Translations under genes and position numbers: made by a program
NCBI GenBank assembly: GCA_021776565.1
Contig: JAJFFQ010000065.1
Coordinates: 3,358 to 67,357 of the forward strand
Length of the DNA stretch: 64,000 nt
Direction: 5' to 3'
From: Robiginitomaculum sp.
GTDB lineage: Bacteria > Pseudomonadota > Alphaproteobacteria > Caulobacterales > Maricaulaceae
Shown: positions 21,642 to 31,896 of the stretch, piece by piece
How the letters are laid out: each line of letters opens with the position of its first letter
Numbering within the stretch: position 1 is the stretch's first letter
Notes under the pieces: model-generated
Seen by the model: the letters and a program-made list of their open reading frames with translations, nothing else
What the model was told of the DNA's origin: nothing
Databases searched by the model: none

Positions 21642-22906
21642 TGACCCAGGATGTTGAAGCCATTATGCGCGATATGGGCCAGGCAGCGCGCACAGCGGCG
21701 CACACGCTGGCAAAACTTGGTGCGGATAGCAAATGTCGCGCCCTGCATGCTTCGGCAAAGTCCATCCGTGCAGCGGCACCGGCTATTTTGGCGGCTAATG
21801 AACGCGATATGCTGGGTGCCAAAAATAAAGGCCTGAGCGCATCATTTCTTGACCGGTTAATGCTGGATAATACGCGCATATTTGCCATGGCCGATGGGGT
21901 GGACGCGGTTGCGAAACTGGATGACCCTGTCGGGCAGACGGATATGGAATGGACGCCGCCCAATGGATTAAACATTTCCCGTGTGCGCACGCCGCTGGGG
22001 GTTATCGGCATGATCTATGAAAGCCGCCCCAATGTGACCGCCGATGCCGGTGCGATTTGCCTCAAAGCCGGTAATGCGGTGATCTTGCGCGGTGGTGCCG
22101 ACGGGTTTCATTCGTCTATGGCCATAGCGCACGCATTTCGCACCGGGCTACAAAGCGAAGGGCTGCCCAAAGACGCCGTGCAACTGGTGCCGGACACGGA
22201 TCGGGCGGCGGTTGGCATGATGCTTGGCGGACTGGATGGCGCGATAGACCTTATCATTCCGCGCGGTGGCAAAAGCCTGATCGCCCGGGTGCAAGCCGAT
22301 GCCCGGGTGCCGGTATTGTCACATCTGGAGGGGCTATGTCATGTCTATGTCCATAAAAATGCGGATGCGGATATGGCACGAGCAATCGTCGTCAACGCCA
22401 AAATGCGGCGCACCGGTATTTGCGGCTCTGCTGAAACACTACTTATCGATCAGGCTTGTGCCGCAAAACTGTTACCATTGATTGCGCAGGATTTGCACGC
22501 TTCGGGGTGTGTTTTGCGCGGCGATGGGCGAGCGCGCACCCTGTTTGCCGATATGGAGGCCGCAACCGAGGATGATTGGCGCACTGAATATCTGGACGCG
22601 ATATTAAGCGTGCGCGTGGTTGATGGTCTGGACGAAGCCATGGCCCATATTGGGCGATATGGCTCAAACCACACCGATAGTATTGTCACCGACAATGAGG
22701 ATGCGGCCACGCGGTTTTTGAGAGATGTGGATTCGGCCATTGTCTTGCACAATGCCTCAACCCAGTATGCCGATGGTGGTGAGTTTGGTTTTGGTGCAGA
22801 AATAGGCATTGCCACTGGCAAGCTGCACGCACGCGGCCCCGTCGGTGCGGCACAATTGACCAGCTATCATTATGTGGTGCGGGGGCGTGGTCATATCCGC
22901 CCGTAA
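21638..22906 (+). CDS. proA: glutamate-5-semialdehyde dehydrogenase
   Basis: The start overlaps the proB stop as ATGA. VIGMIYESRPNVT and the catalytic region CGSAETLL are present. Confidence 0.95.
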
Positions 22907-22931
22907 CATATTTCCTCCAGCCCCTGCGGGG

Positions 22932-23501
22932 TTGCGGGTCGGGCTGTTTGGCGGCTCTTTCAATCCTGTTCATGAGGGTCATTTTCATGTGGCACAAACC
23001 GCAAAAAAACGCCTTGGACTTGATGCTGTCTGGTGGCTGGTTTCGCCGGGAAACCCGTTAAAGGTTAATGCAGGGCAGGGCAATTATGTCCGGCGTCTGG
23101 CCGGTGTGCGTCAGGCGTTAACAGGCAAACCCGGGCATTTTGTCTGCACCGCAGAGGCGGCACTGGGCACACGATATTCTATTGATCTGTTTGCCGTCGT
23201 GGATGCCATACGCCCGGCCCTTCGCCCGGTCTGGGTGATGGGCGCGGATAATCTGGCAAACTTTCATTTATGGAAAGACTGGCAGGGTATGGCCTTTGCC
23301 ATGCCCATTGCCGTCATTGCTCGGCCACAGGATGAGGTGCGGGCGCGGTTTTCCCCTATGGTGCGGCGGTTTTCTTTTGCGCGATTACCAGAGGCGGCAG
23401 CAAGTGTATTGGCAGATCAGCAAGCTCCGGCCTGGATCTATATTACCGCCCCTATGCACGACCAGTCCTCGACGAAGTTGCGAAACAATCACACTGACTA
23501 G
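22932..23501 (+). CDS. nadD: nicotinate-nucleotide adenylyltransferase
   Basis: (M)RVGLFGGSFNPVHEGH is the family N-terminus, obtained from in-frame TTG 22932. The track ATG at 22872 would overlap proA by 35 nt, so the start is uncertain. Confidence 0.85.
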   Translation: MRVGLFGGSFNPVHEGHFHVAQTAKKRLGLDAVWWLVSPGNPLKVNAGQGNYVRRLAGVRQALTGKPGHFVCTAEAALGTRYSIDLFAVVDAIRPALRPVWVMGADNLANFHLWKDWQGMAFAMPIAVIARPQDEVRARFSPMVRRFSFARLPEAAASVLADQQAPAWIYITAPMHDQSSTKLRNNHTD

Positions 23502-23546
23502 AAGGCTGCTTCTAACCCAAAAAATCCGCTGGCCCAAAACCAGAGT

Positions 23547-23575
23547 TTGCATATTGCGACAATATCTTTTATAAT
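23547..23575 (+). promoter_or_regulatory. sigma70-type promoter with an embedded palindrome upstream of parD
   Basis: TTGCAT-N17-TATAAT. The spacer contains ATATTG-cga-CAATAT (23551-23565), a candidate ParD operator. Confidence 0.5.
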
Positions 23576-23601
23576 CTTCACGCTATAGATTGGATTTTGC
23601 A

Positions 23602-23862
23602 ATGCCAGACACCATGAACCTGAATGTCCGTATCAGTGGATCGTTGAAAGACTTTGTCAGCCGGGAAATCAGCGCCGGGGCGTATGAAAATATGAGCGAA
23701 TATGTGCGTGATTTGATCCGCCGGGACAAAGAGCGACAGGAAGACGCCAAACTCCACGCCCTCAAGGCGGAGTTGCAACATGCTTTTGCGACTCCTGAAA
23801 ATGAATGCGTGGAAATTTCCGAGAAAGAATTTTTCGCTCGCAAAGACACTCAACATCGATAA
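23602..23862 (+). CDS. parD: type II antitoxin, ParD (RHH/CopG) family
   Basis: MNLNVRISGSLKDFVSREISAGAYENMSEYVRDLIRRDKERQ aligns with the ParD pattern. The start is ambiguous (TTG 23590, ATG 23602 or ATG 23614). Confidence 0.8.
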   Translation: MPDTMNLNVRISGSLKDFVSREISAGAYENMSEYVRDLIRRDKERQEDAKLHALKAELQHAFATPENECVEISEKEFFARKDTQHR

Positions 23863-24176
23863 TGACCAAAAAGTATATCCTGCTTGATCCGGCTTATGCG
23901 CAGTTGGATGATATTTATGAGTATACCAAAACCCAATGGGGAGCGGATCAGGCGAAAACCTATGTTGGTGGTCTGTTTGACTGTTTTGAACAAATTGACT
24001 CCAGGCAGGTATTGTGGCGTGCGATTCCCGTTCAGCTAGAGATAGACGGTTATTTTACCCGCTATGAAAAACACTATGTCTATTGGAAAAAACTATCAGG
24101 TGGCAGGATCGTCGTTGTGGCCATCTTGCATGAACGTATGCACCAGATTGAGTGGCTAAATAACAGTTTCAAATAA
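23862..24176 (+). CDS. parE: type II toxin, ParE/RelE superfamily
   Basis: MTKKYILLDPAYAQLDDIYEYTKTQWG...RIVVVAILHERMH. ATG 23862 overlaps the parD TAA as TAATG. Confidence 0.8.
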   Translation: MTKKYILLDPAYAQLDDIYEYTKTQWGADQAKTYVGGLFDCFEQIDSRQVLWRAIPVQLEIDGYFTRYEKHYVYWKKLSGGRIVVVAILHERMHQIEWLNNSFK

Positions 24177-24196
24177 CCAAGATATTTAGTTCATCA

Positions 24197-24430
24197 TTAT
24201 TCATAATACTTTCCCATCTCAAAAAAACTGGCAACATTAGGCCAAGTTAGTTCAATAGCTGAATTATAGTCGTGATCTTTGATACATGCCGAAACCGCGT
24301 CCAAATATTGCTCTATTGTACAGTTTTCCCATTCGTCTTTATTTTCACAAAAATCCTCTTTTAATTGCATTATAAATTCTGACAACTCTTTTGCAGAAGA
24401 TACTTTTTCATATGGCTGTTTTTCAGACAT
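24197..24430 (-). CDS. small acidic hypothetical protein (EWEN motif; possibly an immunity-type DUF7660-like family)
   Basis: It lies in a strongly AT-rich stretch. ATG 24430 has AAGGA 9 nt upstream. The product is MSEKQPYEK...KDEWENCTIEQYLDAVSACIKD...MGKYYE. The family assignment is from memory only. Confidence 0.45.
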   Translation of the reverse strand: MSEKQPYEKVSSAKELSEFIMQLKEDFCENKDEWENCTIEQYLDAVSACIKDHDYNSAIELTWPNVASFFEMGKYYE

Positions 24431-24777
24431 TCTAATATTCCTTTTAATTTGCCGTTCCATTTCTAACACACGCAACTATTCCACAATTTGGAGTACTCAT
24501 TTTTCTACTAGCTTTACGGGCAATTTTTGTTGCCGTGCCTGTCCTTGCGAAAGCGAGGGGCAGCATGACGAAGCTAACAAATACCAGCGATAGGGTTTTC
24601 TTCTCAGCATGTCAGTAAAAAAGGCTGCTTCTGCACAGCAATTCGGGCATGGCGCGTTGGCGCAAGGCATGTTATCAGTCTTGCCATTATCACCGGAGCG
24701 AAAGGAATCCTCCCCTGAGTACGAAAACGGCCAACCAGAGCCTTGAGGACAACGCAAATGCACCTCAGCCTGGCCTG

Positions 24778-25131
24778 ATGGAATTATCAACGCAACATGT
24801 GAAGTCGTTGATCGTGTCCACACTGGATGCAGACAAAGCCGAAGACATTGTTTGTATAGATTTGCGCGAAAAATCTTCTGTTACTGATATGATGATCGTT
24901 GCCAGCGGGCGCTCGCAACGTCACGTCAGTGCGCTTGCCGATCATATATTGCGGACATTGAAAAAAGAGGGACTTGGCAAGGTCGCCGTTGAAGGTATGC
25001 CAGCCTGTGACTGGGTATTGATTGATGCTGGTGATGTAATTCTGCACCTGTTTCGCCCTGAAGTGCGTGAGTTTTACAAGCTTGAAAAAATGTGGTCGGT
25101 CGAAGCAATATCTGCGGATGGTGAATTTTAA
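24778..25131 (+). CDS. rsfS: ribosome silencing factor RsfS (iojap-like)
   Basis: LIVSTLDADKAEDIVCIDLREKSSVTDMMIVASGRSQRHVSALADHI...DWVLIDAGDVILHLFRPEVREFYKLEKMW. The track start at 24649 gives an atypical N-terminal extension. Confidence 0.85.
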   Translation: MELSTQHVKSLIVSTLDADKAEDIVCIDLREKSSVTDMMIVASGRSQRHVSALADHILRTLKKEGLGKVAVEGMPACDWVLIDAGDVILHLFRPEVREFYKLEKMWSVEAISADGEF

Positions 25132-25605
25132 GTGAGGTTAACGCTGGGTGTAGTGGGCCGATTACGATCCGGGCCAGAAAAAAACCTGGCATCTGACTAC
25201 ATCACGCGCGCCGCAACTCTTGGCCGTGGCCTTGGGTTTCCAAAGGTGGAGCTGAGTGAGTTTCAGCCTAAAGGTAAAGCCGACAAATCCGCCATGACCG
25301 CTCATGTACTTGGCGCACTTGCCCCCGGCACCATACGCATTGTGCTTGATGAGCGCGGCAAGGATATTAGCTCTGCTGAATTTGCACAGCTTTTGGCACG
25401 CTGGCGTGATGAGGGGGCAAGTCATGGGGCATTGCTGATCGGTGGTGCCGATGGCTGGAGCGACAAGATGCGCGATGGTGCGGCAGCGGTTTTGCGCTTT
25501 GGTGCGTGGACGTGGCCCCACCGTCTGGTTCGGGTTATGGCCGCCGAGCAGATATACCGGGCACTCTCCATATTGGCGCAATCGCCTTATCACCGGGAGG
25601 ATTGA
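25132..25605 (+). CDS. rlmH: 23S rRNA (pseudouridine1915-N3)-methyltransferase
   Basis: SPOUT fold, about 157 aa (LLIGGADGW...LRFGAWTWPHRLVRVMAAEQIYRA). GTG start directly after the rsfS stop. Confidence 0.9.
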   Translation: MRLTLGVVGRLRSGPEKNLASDYITRAATLGRGLGFPKVELSEFQPKGKADKSAMTAHVLGALAPGTIRIVLDERGKDISSAEFAQLLARWRDEGASHGALLIGGADGWSDKMRDGAAAVLRFGAWTWPHRLVRVMAAEQIYRALSILAQSPYHRED

Positions 25606-26859
25606 ATGGCTGATCTTGCCAAATGGATTGTTCTGATGTTGCTGATGTTTAACATGCCGGTAATGGCCCAGGAGGCACCGGGTAGAGAGGCTGCAGAGCG
25701 GCTGGACGAGGAACACGAAAAGGCCGAGGCGCGGGCCAGTACGCTGCGCAAAAATTCAGATCAATTGCGTATCGAGATCGCCGATCTGCAACAACAGTTA
25801 ATCGCCCTGGCGGCAAAACGGGCGAACTATCAGGAAACCATGAATGATACCGAAGACAAGCTTGAGGCGATGGGAATTGAAGAAACCGGAATTTTGGCAA
25901 AACTGGATGCTGAACGCGCCGGGCTAATGGATTTGCTCGCCGCACTACAGCGTGCCGGAATGAGCCAACCGCCGGCACTGGCGGTGTCGCCCGATGATGC
26001 CGCCGCTGCTGCTCGTGCCGCGATTTTACTCTCTGGTGCCGCCCCGCAACTAAAGGCGAGGGCCGATGCGTTGGCAATAACACTGGAAAGCCTAAGTAGT
26101 GTGCGCAATAGCATTCAAAAGGAAAAACAGCGCCTTTTGCTGCAGGGAGAAACCTTGCAAACCAGTACGCTTACACTGGAAAACCTTCTTGAGCAGCGCC
26201 AGGAGCTGGAAGGCACCTTGCGCCAAAATGCCAATACAGCTGCCAAACAGGCGCGGGTTTTTGCCACGCGCGCATCAACTCTGCGTGAGTTGATTAACCA
26301 GCTTGAAGCCGCCGCCAGCAGAAATTCACCGCGCCGCAAACCACCCAAAGAGAGCCAGTCCGCTCCTTCGGGCCAGGCCAGTCCACGGCACAAACCAGAC
26401 CCGGGTTCTGTGGCCGTTCTTGATCCTTTTATTGCCCCAAGTGGTCGTTTTGCTGATAGTCGGGGGCTGTTAAGGCTACCCGTAAAGGGCATAATTACCC
26501 ATGCTTTTGGTCAGGCTAATGACAAGCCGCGTCGCTCTGGTCTGGTCATTCAGGCGAGGCGCGGCGCACAGGTCACAGTACCATTTGATGGCCGTATTTT
26601 GTATTCCGGGCTGTTTAGAAATCTCGGTCGTCTCTTGATCCTGAACGTCGGTAATGGTTACCATATCATTATCGCAGGTTTGGAGCGGTCTTTCGTTGTG
26701 ACAGATCAGCTTGTTCTTGCGGGCGAGCCGGTTGGTGAACTGGCGGATCGATCCAGGCCAGCCCCGGAACTTTATCTTGAGTTCCAAAAAGACGGGCGGT
26801 CAATTGATCCGGCACCCTGGCTTGTGAAGAATACAAGTGCGGGCCATAGTGTCCCATAA
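25606..26859 (+). CDS. EnvC-like murein hydrolase activator / M23 peptidase family protein
   Basis: Signal sequence, a long coiled-coil region and a C-terminal M23/LytM domain (GLVIQARRGAQVTVPFDGRILYSG...GYHIIIAGL). Confidence 0.85.
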   Translation: MADLAKWIVLMLLMFNMPVMAQEAPGREAAERLDEEHEKAEARASTLRKNSDQLRIEIADLQQQLIALAAKRANYQETMNDTEDKLEAMGIEETGILAKLDAERAGLMDLLAALQRAGMSQPPALAVSPDDAAAAARAAILLSGAAPQLKARADALAITLESLSSVRNSIQKEKQRLLLQGETLQTSTLTLENLLEQRQELEGTLRQNANTAAKQARVFATRASTLRELINQLEAAASRNSPRRKPPKESQSAPSGQASPRHKPDPGSVAVLDPFIAPSGRFADSRGLLRLPVKGIITHAFGQANDKPRRSGLVIQARRGAQVTVPFDGRILYSGLFRNLGRLLILNVGNGYHIIIAGLERSFVVTDQLVLAGEPVGELADRSRPAPELYLEFQKDGRSIDPAPWLVKNTSAGHSVP

Positions 26860-26912
26860 TAAACTGGCCCGGGATTTGAATGGAGCCAGTGGAATAATAA
26901 AAGGTGGTGAAT

Positions 26913-28256
26913 ATGCGGTATTTATCTTTGGTTTTGGTGGCAATTGCCGGCGTGCTGGCCGGTGGTGTGGGTTTGACCTTCACCATGGCATCTGCGGAAT
27001 CAGGTAACCGGGCGACATTTCAGGAACTTGGCCTGATGGGCGATATTCTTAATCGCGTCAAGGCCGACTATGTGAGCGAGACCGAAGGGCCGGAACTGGT
27101 CGAAGCCGCCATACAAGGGATGCTCAGTTCTCTCGACCCACATTCCAGCTATCTGCCCCCAGAGGGTTTTCGCGATATGCAGGTGCAATCGAGCGGTGAA
27201 TATGGCGGTCTGGGCATCGAGGTAACCACCGAACGCGGCGTTGTCAAAGTGGTGTCGCCGATTGATGATACCCCCGCATTTCGTGCCGGGATCAAGCCTG
27301 GCGATTACATTACCGGCATCAATGGTAAATCCATTATTGGCGAATCATTGGACGAATCCATAGACAAAATGCGTGGCCCTGCGGGCGCACCCATCACCCT
27401 TAGCATTGCCCGTAAAGGCGCTGATGAACCACTGGAAATTGAAATTATCCGTGCCGTGATAACCATACGTTCGGTGACCTGGCGGGTTGAGGATGATAAT
27501 CTTGGCTATATCCGTGTTGCCACCTTTAATGAAAATACCGATGATCTTCTGGATGAAGCCTTCGATGGTCTGGCTGAGCAGCTTGGCGATAATTTAAGCG
27601 GCATTGTTCTGGATTTGCGTAATGATCCGGGTGGCCTTCTGGATCAGGCTATTGCCGTCTCGGATGCGTTCTTGGATGGCGGAGAGGTGGTCTCTACCCG
27701 GGGACGTGATCCCGAGGATATAGAACGCTATAACGCCCGCCGTGGTTCCCGCATTGGTAATTTACCGGTTGTGGTGTTGATAAACGGCGGTAGCGCATCT
27801 GCATCTGAAATTGTTGCCGGTGCCTTGCAGGATCGCAAGCGTGCGACATTGATTGGCACAACCTCGTTTGGCAAAGGTTCTGTACAAACCGTTATTCCGC
27901 TTAACGGTGGCCGTAATGGCGCCTTGCGGCTAACCACGGCGCGTTATTACACTCCGTCAGGGCGGTCGATACAGGCCACTGGCATTGAACCAGATATTGA
28001 AATTGCCGCCGAGCGCAGCGAAAAACCGGCAAGCCGTATCAGTGAAGCTGATCTTCCCAACGCCCTAAAAAATGAGCTGGAGAATTTTGAAAAAGAAGAA
28101 GCTCTGAAAGAGGGTGCTGAGCCAGAGCAAGAAATTGTCACAGCCGAAATGCCACCAGAGGACTATCCCCAAGACAAGGATTTCCAGCTGGAACGGGCCA
28201 AGGAAATTTTGGGTCAAATGGTGTTAAGCGGCGTGCTGCTGGCCAATGCCGGGTAA
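26913..28256 (+). CDS. ctpA: carboxy-terminal processing protease (S41)
   Basis: PDZ domain plus S41 motifs (VLINGGSASASEIVAGALQD, GTTSFGKGSVQ). ATG 26913 is preceded by AAGGTGG. Confidence 0.9.
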   Translation: MRYLSLVLVAIAGVLAGGVGLTFTMASAESGNRATFQELGLMGDILNRVKADYVSETEGPELVEAAIQGMLSSLDPHSSYLPPEGFRDMQVQSSGEYGGLGIEVTTERGVVKVVSPIDDTPAFRAGIKPGDYITGINGKSIIGESLDESIDKMRGPAGAPITLSIARKGADEPLEIEIIRAVITIRSVTWRVEDDNLGYIRVATFNENTDDLLDEAFDGLAEQLGDNLSGIVLDLRNDPGGLLDQAIAVSDAFLDGGEVVSTRGRDPEDIERYNARRGSRIGNLPVVVLINGGSASASEIVAGALQDRKRATLIGTTSFGKGSVQTVIPLNGGRNGALRLTTARYYTPSGRSIQATGIEPDIEIAAERSEKPASRISEADLPNALKNELENFEKEEALKEGAEPEQEIVTAEMPPEDYPQDKDFQLERAKEILGQMVLSGVLLANAG

Positions 28257-28336
28257 ACCTTGTTTGAAAGCGGCGTTACCGCTTTCTTAACCGGGCTTCG
28301 CTATTCGTTAACCATATTTTTGGTGAGCGGATCGTT

Positions 28337-29554
28337 ATGGCAGTTATTGCAAAAGCTTTTAGTAAAATTCTCATGCCCCGGATCAACCCGCATGTGTTGG
28401 GTGCAGCTATGCTTGGTAGTGTGCTGCTACTTGGTGTTGTGCGGGTGCTGGTCTTTGGCGACCCCACAGCCGGGCAGATGGTGCAGGTGTTGGCTATTCC
28501 GGCCCCTGGCCAACCGGCATCGCTATCATCGCAATTGCGTGTCGATACACGTCATAAGGATGAGAATAATTTTGTTGTTGAGACTTCCCATGGGGAGCCT
28601 CTACTGGATGGCGTTGAGGATCCGGGTGCGGATATTCACCTTGCCAAAGGCACGAACACTTCAAAACCGCATGGTACGGCCAGGGTCAGCGTCAATATGC
28701 CTGCGCCGGATAAAGCCCTCACCGAACCTGGGCCTGGCGGGGTTTTGCCGATTGTGGCTGCGGACGGTCGCCGCCCCGCAGATGTCTATGCACGGCCATT
28801 TCCCTTGCCGACAAACTCTCCGGCCATTGCCCTTATTGTTGGCGGTCTTGGGCTAAAAGAAGCAACAACACTGGCAGCAATCAATGATTTACCGCCGCAG
28901 GTGACGCTCTCATTTGTGCCCTATACGCGCGATTTGCAGGGCTGGATTAACAAGGCCAGAGCCGCCGGCCATGAGGTTATGCTTGAATTGCCGATGGAGC
29001 CGTTTGACTATCCGCAAAATGACCCTGGCCCGCAAACATTGCTGTCCTCGGTCAGTAGTGCAGAAAATACCCGGCGACTGGAATGGCTGCTAAGCCGGGC
29101 CTGGGGCTATTTTGCGGTGACGAATTATATGGGGTCAAAGTTTACCTCATCGGAAACCGCACTGGCGCCGGTCTTGCGTCAATTGCGACAGCGCGGGGTG
29201 GATTTTATTTATGACGGCGAAACCCGGCGCTCTTCTTTAAGCAATGTTGCCGATGCAGAGCATTTGCGCTGGACAATTGCGGATCGTATTATTGACACCG
29301 AGCCATCATCTACGGCAATTGACGAACAATTGCTACACTTGGAGGCAATTGCCATTCAAAATGGTACGGCGCTGGGTGCCGGTTTCTCCTGGCCGATCAC
29401 GATGGAGCGCCTCAAAGCCTGGACGGGTAGCCTTGATACCAAGGGGTATGTGCTGGCCCCGGCTTCGGCGGTGTTACGGGCGCGCAAGGGAGGGGCCAGT
29501 ATTGAAACGCCCAGCCCGCAAGAGCCGCAAATGGTTGCACAATCCGGGCATTGA
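28337..29554 (+). CDS. divergent polysaccharide deacetylase family protein (YibQ-like)
   Basis: N-terminal TM segment and a C-terminal YibQ-type domain (IALIVGGLGL...VTLSFVPYTRDL...HEVMLELPMEPFDYPQNDPGP). Confidence 0.8.
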   Translation: MAVIAKAFSKILMPRINPHVLGAAMLGSVLLLGVVRVLVFGDPTAGQMVQVLAIPAPGQPASLSSQLRVDTRHKDENNFVVETSHGEPLLDGVEDPGADIHLAKGTNTSKPHGTARVSVNMPAPDKALTEPGPGGVLPIVAADGRRPADVYARPFPLPTNSPAIALIVGGLGLKEATTLAAINDLPPQVTLSFVPYTRDLQGWINKARAAGHEVMLELPMEPFDYPQNDPGPQTLLSSVSSAENTRRLEWLLSRAWGYFAVTNYMGSKFTSSETALAPVLRQLRQRGVDFIYDGETRRSSLSNVADAEHLRWTIADRIIDTEPSSTAIDEQLLHLEAIAIQNGTALGAGFSWPITMERLKAWTGSLDTKGYVLAPASAVLRARKGGASIETPSPQEPQMVAQSGH

Positions 29555-29565
29555 CAGACATTAAA

Positions 29566-30093
29566 ATGGTTAAGCGTAAAGCAGGAATACTGGCCAATTA
29601 CAGGCCCAATGCGGCGGTGGTGTTGTTCAATAAAGATGGCAAAGTTTGGATGGGACGGCGCGCCGGTCAAGGAGGGCCGCATAACTGGCAATTTCCACAA
29701 GGCGGCATTGACGATGGTGAAAAACCATTGGCGGCGGCATTGCGTGAATTACAGGAAGAAACCGGGATAAAGCCAAAATACGTCAAGAAAATCGGCAAAG
29801 TAAAAGGCTGGTTATCGTATGATTTTCCTGATGATGTGCGCCAGGCACCCAATAAACGCCAAACTTGGGCCGGGCAAAAGCAAAAATGGTTTGCACTTTT
29901 GTTTGTGGGCGCGGACGAGGACATCAACCTGAAAGCCCACACACCACAGGAATTTGATAAATGGCGCTGGATAAAACTGAAAAAAACACCTGCCAAGGTC
30001 ATTTCCTGGAAACGCCATATCTATGAAGAACTGGTGCGGGAGTTCTCTAGGTATACAAAAAAGAAGAACAGGCCACCTTCACCAACCCAATAA
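29566..30093 (+). CDS. rppH: RNA pyrophosphohydrolase (NUDIX)
   Basis: YRPNAAVVLFN and the Nudix box GGIDDGEKPLAAALRELQEETG. The start could instead be TTG 29551 (TTGA overlap). Confidence 0.85.
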   Translation: MVKRKAGILANYRPNAAVVLFNKDGKVWMGRRAGQGGPHNWQFPQGGIDDGEKPLAAALRELQEETGIKPKYVKKIGKVKGWLSYDFPDDVRQAPNKRQTWAGQKQKWFALLFVGADEDINLKAHTPQEFDKWRWIKLKKTPAKVISWKRHIYEELVREFSRYTKKKNRPPSPTQ

Positions 30094-30127
30094 TCGGTCA
30101 GTCAAGGCGGCGTGTATTCCTGTCGTA

Positions 30128-30454
30128 TTATGTCGTGCAGCCCTTGCCCGCTTGCAGGGCTTGCAGTTCTTTTAGTCGCTCATCAGCGGTTTTTCTGGCT
30201 GCGTGTTTTTCCTGGGTGTTGCCAATGCCAAAATCACCAAGCACACCAAATACTGAACGGGTATTGGTTTTGGTGCCATCGGTGACTTGTTGCTGAAATG
30301 CTTCCACCTTGCTAATCTCAATGGCAATTTCCCGGCACGTATAGGCTTGCTTTTCTTCTGAAGAGAGGGGTTGCATGCGGCCATAGCGTTTGGTGGCGCA
30401 CGCAGAAATGGCAAGGCCACCAACCAAAAGCACCACAATAGATTTTTTCATCAT
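30128..30454 (-). CDS. small lipoprotein, function unknown
   Basis: MMKKSIVVLLVGGLAISAC is a lipobox-like signal. GAGGA lies 9 nt upstream of ATG 30454. Confidence 0.55.
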   Translation of the reverse strand: MMKKSIVVLLVGGLAISACATKRYGRMQPLSSEEKQAYTCREIAIEISKVEAFQQQVTDGTKTNTRSVFGVLGDFGIGNTQEKHAARKTADERLKELQALQAGKGCTT

Positions 30455-30726
30455 AATAATTGTCCTCATTTGCGACTGTCCCTCGCGCCACCCTCTTGTA
30501 CGGAGGAATATGGCTAAAGTGAGATGTATATAAATTTCCCAATTGTGCAAAATGGGTGAAAGCAAAGGGGATGGTATTTATTGCTCATAATGAGCAACAA
30601 TATATGTAACTCATATTGCCCTTAATTGCGAATATACTTAACGCTAAGGGTCTGTTTACCATAACTGGCCCATTTTGGGTGCAGTCGTTTGATTTGCCCA
30701 CAATATCATTTCGAGAAAGAGGCTCC

Positions 30727-31896
30727 ATGAACATTCATGAATATCAGGCCAAAGCCGTTTTAGCGGGATTTGGCGCGCCGGTGCCGCAAGGCTATCCGGT
30801 TTTTTCTGTGGACGAGGCCGTAGAGGCCGCCCGGCAACTGCCCGGCCCGGTTTATGTGGTCAAGGCACAAATCCATGCTGGTGGACGTGGCAAGGGCGGC
30901 GGCGTTAAAATTGCCAAAAGCATTGATGAAGTTCGGGCATATGCGCAAGATATACTAGGCATGACCCTGGTCACCCACCAGACCGGCCCGGCGGGCAAGG
31001 AGGTTCGGCGTCTTTATATTGAGGACGGTGCCGATATTGCCAACGAATTCTACCTTTCCATGCTGGTTGATCGGGAAAGCTCGCAAGTGGCCTTCGTCGT
31101 GTCCACCGAAGGCGGCATGAATATTGAGGAAGTGGCCGCCGACACCCCGGAAAAAATCATCACGTTCAGTGTTGATCCGGCAACCGGGCTGCTGCCCCAT
31201 CATGGTCGTGCTGTGGCCCGGGCGCTTGAATTATCTGGGGGCGCGGCCAAACAGGCAGGCAAGCTCGCCGGTATTTTGTATAAAGCCTATATCGAAAAGG
31301 ACATGAGCCTTCTGGAGATCAATCCATTGGTGCTCACCGGTGGCGGCGACCTGATCTGTCTTGATGCCAAAATGGGCTTTGACGGCAACGCGCTTTATCG
31401 CCATTCCGATATTATGGGGCTGCGCGACGAAAGCGAGGAAGATGCCAAGGAGCTGGAAGCGGCGGGCTATGATCTCTCTTATATTTCGCTCGATGGTCAA
31501 ATAGGCTGCATGGTCAACGGTGCCGGCCTGGCCATGTCGACCATGGATATTATCAAGCTTTATGGTTCCGAGCCTGCCAATTTTCTGGATGTTGGTGGCG
31601 GCGCCACTGCAGAAAAGGTAACGGCGGCGTTCAAGATCATCACCTCAGACCCGCAGGTCAAAGGCATATTGGTCAATATATTTGGCGGCATTATGCGTTG
31701 TGATGTGATTGCCGAGGGAGTGATCGCTGCGGTAAACGAAGTGGGCTTAGAGGTGCCTCTTGTGGTGCGCCTTGAGGGCACCAACGTAAAACGCGGCAAG
31801 GAAATCATCGCCAATTCCGGCCTGAATGTGATCTCCGCCGATGATCTTGATGATGCGGCGCAAAAAATTGTCGCCGCCGTAAAGGAGGCCGCGTGA
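30727..31896 (+). CDS. sucC: succinyl-CoA synthetase beta subunit
   Basis: [22 protein letters not shown] is the canonical N-terminus, with AAGAGG SD upstream. Confidence 0.95.
   Translation: MNIHEYQAKAVLAGFGAPVPQGYPVFSVDEAVEAARQLPGPVYVVKAQIHAGGRGKGGGVKIAKSIDEVRAYAQDILGMTLVTHQTGPAGKEVRRLYIEDGADIANEFYLSMLVDRESSQVAFVVSTEGGMNIEEVAADTPEKIITFSVDPATGLLPHHGRAVARALELSGGAAKQAGKLAGILYKAYIEKDMSLLEINPLVLTGGGDLICLDAKMGFDGNALYRHSDIMGLRDESEEDAKELEAAGYDLSYISLDGQIGCMVNGAGLAMSTMDIIKLYGSEPANFLDVGGGATAEKVTAAFKIITSDPQVKGILVNIFGGIMRCDVIAEGVIAAVNEVGLEVPLVVRLEGTNVKRGKEIIANSGLNVISADDLDDAAQKIVAAVKEAA

Noticed and set aside
24497-24610. A 37-codon ORF (MLRRKPYRWYLLASSCCPS...) upstream of the small acidic ORF in the parDE islet
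   Set aside because: It is superficially lipoprotein-like, but the lipobox is poor (A at -3), there is no SD and I recognise no family. I left it unannotated.
28260-28856. A 198-aa ORF overlapping the 5' part of the YibQ-like gene in another frame
   Set aside because: The Cys/Trp/Arg-rich product has no motifs. The 28337 frame carries the recognisable TM segment plus deacetylase-like domain.
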